Positions 60,646-64,000 of a stretch of 64,000 nucleotides of DNA are shown here, in pieces. The position numbers were made by a program, and so were the translations under genes. Under the pieces are notes generated by a model. That model was given only the letters and a program-made list of their open reading frames with translations. It ran no database searches and was not told the DNA's origin. This stretch comes from an uncultured delta proteobacterium (GTDB lineage Bacteria > Desulfobacterota > Binatia > UBA9968), in NCBI GenBank assembly GCA_963804165.1, contig CAWDPO010000043.1:96001-160000 (forward strand), given 5' to 3'. Position 1 is the first letter of the stretch. Each line of letters starts with the position of its first letter.

Positions 60646-60766
60646 GACTGTCCGGTTTTTGTCCGGTCAATTGAGAAAAAACGTGAAAGTTTGTTAAACT
60701 TCGCCTCAGCGGTATCTAGGAAATTAAAGACTTAGGTAGATTGTGGTAGGTGGTGAAAGGTTTGTT

Positions 60767-60815
60767 CCGGTCTCTCACGTCGGGAACACGGGTTCGATTC
60801 CCGTTGGGACCACCA
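60767..60815 (+). other. 3' half of tRNA-Glu(CTC), putative attachment site
   Basis: Anticodon arm CCGGT-CTCTCAC-GTCGG, T-arm ACGGG-TTCGATT-CCCGT, acceptor 3' strand TGGGACC-A-CCA. No 5' acceptor strand or D-arm upstream. Confidence 0.75.
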
Positions 60816-60955
60816 CAACGCCACACCTCCTTCGATCGGCTCAACTTCAGGGACTGCCTACTGCTGGTCGCACCGTTTTTCGTCCATGTATGCTATTAGA
60901 GGAGAATCGCTTCAACGATCGCGATCAGCCGGATCTCAGTCGAGGAGGTTCACGG

Positions 60956-61771
60956 ATGAAATTTGTCGGCAGGGGCCAGCCCCTCACTCGCGCGGGCCTC
61001 AACAAAGCGCTGGCAATCTTGGGGCTCGATGCCAACGATGCCGCCTACATTTGGACCGTCGTCGAAGTCGAAACCGCTGGATTAACTCAAGGGTTTGGTT
61101 TTCGCGTCGATCGCCGGCCGCAGATTCTCTTCGAGCGTCATATTTTTAGAAAATTCACCGACGGTCGCTTCGATGGCAGCTCGCCGGAGATTTCGGGTCC
61201 CGCCGGTAATTATGGACTGCTTTCGGACCAATACAATAAACTCGAAAAAGCTCTCGCCCTTTGCGCTAAAGCAAAGTTGGGAGTCGAGCCAGCGCTCAAG
61301 TCCGCCTCTTGGGGCATGGGGCAGGTGATGGGCTTTAACTGCGAAGTTGCCGGGTATAAATCCGCGGCGACGATGATTCGGGCCATGGTGAAGGGCGAGA
61401 ACGCTCATCTCTCAGCCATGGCTGGATACCTCAGAGCCAACGGGTTAGCCAAAAAGCTCGTCCAGAAAGATTGGACTGGCTTTGCCAAAATCTATAACGG
61501 TCCGAGCTATTGGCAAAACCGCTATGACGTTAAACTCGCCGAGCAGTATCAGCGCTTCAGTAGCGGCTCGCTGCCCAATTTAGAAATGCGCACCGCGCAG
61601 GTCGCTTTGCTTTTCTTGGGCTACGCTCCGGGAAAAATCGACGGGGTCCTCGGCCCGCGCACGCGCGCGGCGATCAAGAACTTTCGGATCGCCGCCGGTC
61701 TGCCAGGCAGCGAAGAACTCGACGGCCCGACGTATCAAGTCCTCTGCAAAAAAGCAGGTATTCGCCCCTAG
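60956..61771 (+). CDS. N-acetylmuramidase (DUF3380) plus peptidoglycan-binding domain
   Basis: VEVET, PQILFERHIF, SASWGMGQVMGFN, FAKIYNGP; GKIDGVLGPRTRAAI. RBS GAGGAGG before the ATG at 60956. Confidence 0.88.
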   Translation: MKFVGRGQPLTRAGLNKALAILGLDANDAAYIWTVVEVETAGLTQGFGFRVDRRPQILFERHIFRKFTDGRFDGSSPEISGPAGNYGLLSDQYNKLEKALALCAKAKLGVEPALKSASWGMGQVMGFNCEVAGYKSAATMIRAMVKGENAHLSAMAGYLRANGLAKKLVQKDWTGFAKIYNGPSYWQNRYDVKLAEQYQRFSSGSLPNLEMRTAQVALLFLGYAPGKIDGVLGPRTRAAIKNFRIAAGLPGSEELDGPTYQVLCKKAGIRP

Positions 61772-61830
61772 CTGTATAGAATTCCCGGCAAGGAACTGTT
61801 CGCATTCCTCTTTCCGGATACCAAGCGACA

Positions 61831-63060
61831 ATGCTATTCGAGAGTACTTTCCGTGCTTTTCGTCATCGCAACTATCTTATTTTCTGGTGCGGACTTCTTC
61901 TCGGCCATACCGGCACCTTGATTCAAACCACGGCGCAAAGCTGGTTGCTTTTTCAACTCACCAACTCACCGTTTTACCTGGGGCTCGAAGGACTTTGTCT
62001 GGGTCTGCCGCGTGTGCTTTTTGCCGCCCTCGGCGGCGCGATCGTCGATCGCACCGATCGCAAGATCATCTTTGTCGTTACCCAAAGCGCGTTTTTGCTC
62101 ATGGCGCTCTTTCTCGGTGTGATGAATTATTTGGGAACGATCCAAGTTTGGCACCTGTTGACGGTCTCGGCTCTGACCGGGTTTTTTGTTTCCTTTGAGC
62201 AGCCGGTGCGCCAATCGATCCTGCATCATCTCGTGCCGCGCGCCGACCTGCCCAATGCGGTCACCCTCTATCAAATGGTGTTCAACGGCTCTCTGCTCTT
62301 CGGCCCGTCCGTCGGCGGCATGTTGATTCCCGTGGTCGACACCCAAGGCTGTTTTTTCGTCGCCACAGTGGGAAATTTGTTTGTGCTGCTAACGATTTTT
62401 ATGATTCGGATATCTCGCTCCGCACCGGCAGAAAGCCGAAAAAGTCTTACCCGAGACATGATCGAAGGATTTCATCTCGCCTGGCGCGCGCCGTTGTTTT
62501 TAGCGCTTTTCACTGTGCTCGCCATCGTGACGTTCTGCACCAAACCCTACACGCAATTTATGCCCGTGTTTGCTCGCGATATCCTCCAAGTCGGCGCGCC
62601 CGGATTGGGACTATTGCTCATGGCTCCCGGCGCCGGAGCGATCGTAGGCGGACTAACGCTGGCGTCGGTTCGTCGCTTTCCAAAGCCCAATCATCTGCTC
62701 TTCATTTTGGCAGCGGGTTTTGGCTCGTCGATTGTCTGTTTCGCCATGTCGCGCAGTTTTCCGTTGTCTCTGGCATTTCTATTCGTTGCCGGCGGCTTTC
62801 AAACTACTTTTCTTTCCGCGATTGCAACTCTGTTGCAGATGCACGCCGATGAAACCAATCGTGGCAGGGTGATGTCCCTCTTCGGATTGTTCAATCGCGG
62901 GCTCGGCCCGATGGGTAGTTTTCCCTTCGGCCTAATCGCCACGGTGATCGGAGCGTCGGTAACGGTTGCGGCTTGTGGGGTGTTAACCGTCGTGCTGGTG
63001 GGTTACGTCGTCGTGTTCCAATCGAGCCTGCGCGAGGCTAAGCCTATCGGGGAGGCGTAA
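61831..63060 (+). CDS. MFS transporter (MFS_3/DHA3-like)
   Basis: FRHRNY, GGAIVDRTDRK and RGRVMS motifs; 12 TMs. Confidence 0.9.
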   Translation: MLFESTFRAFRHRNYLIFWCGLLLGHTGTLIQTTAQSWLLFQLTNSPFYLGLEGLCLGLPRVLFAALGGAIVDRTDRKIIFVVTQSAFLLMALFLGVMNYLGTIQVWHLLTVSALTGFFVSFEQPVRQSILHHLVPRADLPNAVTLYQMVFNGSLLFGPSVGGMLIPVVDTQGCFFVATVGNLFVLLTIFMIRISRSAPAESRKSLTRDMIEGFHLAWRAPLFLALFTVLAIVTFCTKPYTQFMPVFARDILQVGAPGLGLLLMAPGAGAIVGGLTLASVRRFPKPNHLLFILAAGFGSSIVCFAMSRSFPLSLAFLFVAGGFQTTFLSAIATLLQMHADETNRGRVMSLFGLFNRGLGPMGSFPFGLIATVIGASVTVAACGVLTVVLVGYVVVFQSSLREAKPIGEA

Positions 63061-63251
63061 TGGAATGGAACCGAGCAAAGCCGATGTATCGTAAGTGAAA
63101 GACGATTGATGAAATAGCCCGCGGCGAAGGTGGACGCCGAAACTTGGCGCAAGAATACTGCTTAACGCGGGATTTCTTCCCCGCAGAATCGAGGTCGGAT
63201 TCAGGTTTTGACAGGAAACCCTAGGTCAATGGATGCGGATCCGCCACGGCT

Positions 63252-63803
63252 TCAAATCTTGCCTTGAAGTCGCAGGGATTCGATTCGTTGTCGGATGATC
63301 TCGCCTAAATCATTAGTCGGTAATCCATCCGGGATTTGAATCGATTCAGCACCCAGCTGGATCAGCTTTTCATTCAACCCATAGAGGCTGGATCGAATCT
63401 GTTCGTAGTCTTGCAAGTACTGCCGGCAAGCCAGAATATTGTCGTCGATTTCATCCAAGCATTTGGAAAGTTTTCGGCTTTCCTGATGAAAGGTTTGACG
63501 CAGATGGTCCACGTTGGCCTGGATGATTTGTTCCTCCACCGGCCGTATCTGTTTGGCGATCTCACTTTTCATGTCCTGGAGCGCTTGCAATAATCGCTCG
63601 TAAGATTGTTCTTCCCGCATAAGATCCTCCGGCAGTTGAATTCTCGGCTCGCGCATCGAAATGTAATGCTGCGTGAGAGATTCCGACACTCGTTTCTTGA
63701 CCAGCGTCAAAGCTGCCTGGGTGTCGCGAATTTTATCGTCAATCCGCGAGTCATCAGTGATCAACTTGACTAACTTGGCTAGTGGATTTCCTGCGAGGTT
63801 CAC
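63252..63803 (-). CDS. Hypothetical coiled-coil protein
   Basis: Long helical ORF; probable GTG start at 63803. Confidence 0.65.
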   Translation of the reverse strand: MNLAGNPLAKLVKLITDDSRIDDKIRDTQAALTLVKKRVSESLTQHYISMREPRIQLPEDLMREEQSYERLLQALQDMKSEIAKQIRPVEEQIIQANVDHLRQTFHQESRKLSKCLDEIDDNILACRQYLQDYEQIRSSLYGLNEKLIQLGAESIQIPDGLPTNDLGEIIRQRIESLRLQGKI

Positions 63804-64000
63804 GGTTCTCTCTGCAATATTCCGGGGCTTCTTCGCTCTCCCAGGGCTCAAACTACGTATTCTTACTTATCGACTCCGACTTCAAACTTCAAGAACCCGT
63901 GAATTCCGGCAAGGAAAAGGCAAAAAAGGGTAATTCTTGGCGAGATTGTGCAGGCCGTCCCCCGGGTGTTACCGAAAACCGGACGGAGCAACACCGTAGG

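Noticed and set aside
60743-60815. Functional tRNA-Glu gene
   Set aside because: No GGTCCCA 5' acceptor strand and no D-arm upstream.
60743-60955. N-terminal extension of the muramidase ORF
   Set aside because: It reads through the tRNA fragment; the strong RBS supports the ATG at 60956.
63100-63175. Hammerhead-like or riboswitch-like structure (TGATGA...GAAAC, CCCGCG...CGCGGG)
   Set aside because: The core is not CUGAUGA and there is no UH cleavage site. More likely an ordinary hairpin between convergent genes.
1-64000. CRISPR array, rRNA, intact tRNA, integrase or transposase
   Set aside because: No regularly spaced repeats, no full cloverleaf and no recombinase or transposase motifs were seen.
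63954-64000. Possible structured RNA end (GGTGTT...AACACC, 6S-like)
   Set aside because: Cut by the window edge and too short to assign. It needs an Rfam search with flanking sequence.

Overview
Bacterial window of about 55-60% GC (by eye). Its gene families suggest a Binatia/Deltaproteobacteria-like soil organism (inference only). Many single-base frameshifts suggest a long-read assembly. About 60 kb is a stress/dormancy gene neighbourhood: 5 universal stress proteins, 3 CBS proteins, hemerythrin, two ferritin-like genes around a c-type cytochrome, Hsp20, an HPF/RaiA ribosome factor, YbaK, an Rv2004c-like kinase/ATPase, BON/YtxH/small membrane proteins, a Crp/Fnr regulator, RNase II, a LOG protein and a cyclic beta-1,2-glucan synthase. 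Embedded in it are a histidine kinase with two tandem FixL-type heme-PAS domains and a sigma-54 enhancer-binding response regulator. The intergenic DNA carries about 14 sigma-54 (-24/-12) promoters, mostly as divergent pairs. Most of these promoters, and the regulator gene itself, sit next to a pair of 16-bp palindromes (TTYYCA-N4-TGMRAA) set 31-32 bp apart. I read this as a candidate O2-sensing, sigma-54-driven hypoxia/dormancy regulon that parallels mycobacterial DosR in content. Also present: a CusRS-like two-component system ahead of three ArnT-like glycosyltransferases and a methyltransferase, an orphan AEP primase, deletion scars, a MITE-like element, and a tRNA-Glu 3' half at ~60.8 kb that looks like an island attachment site.
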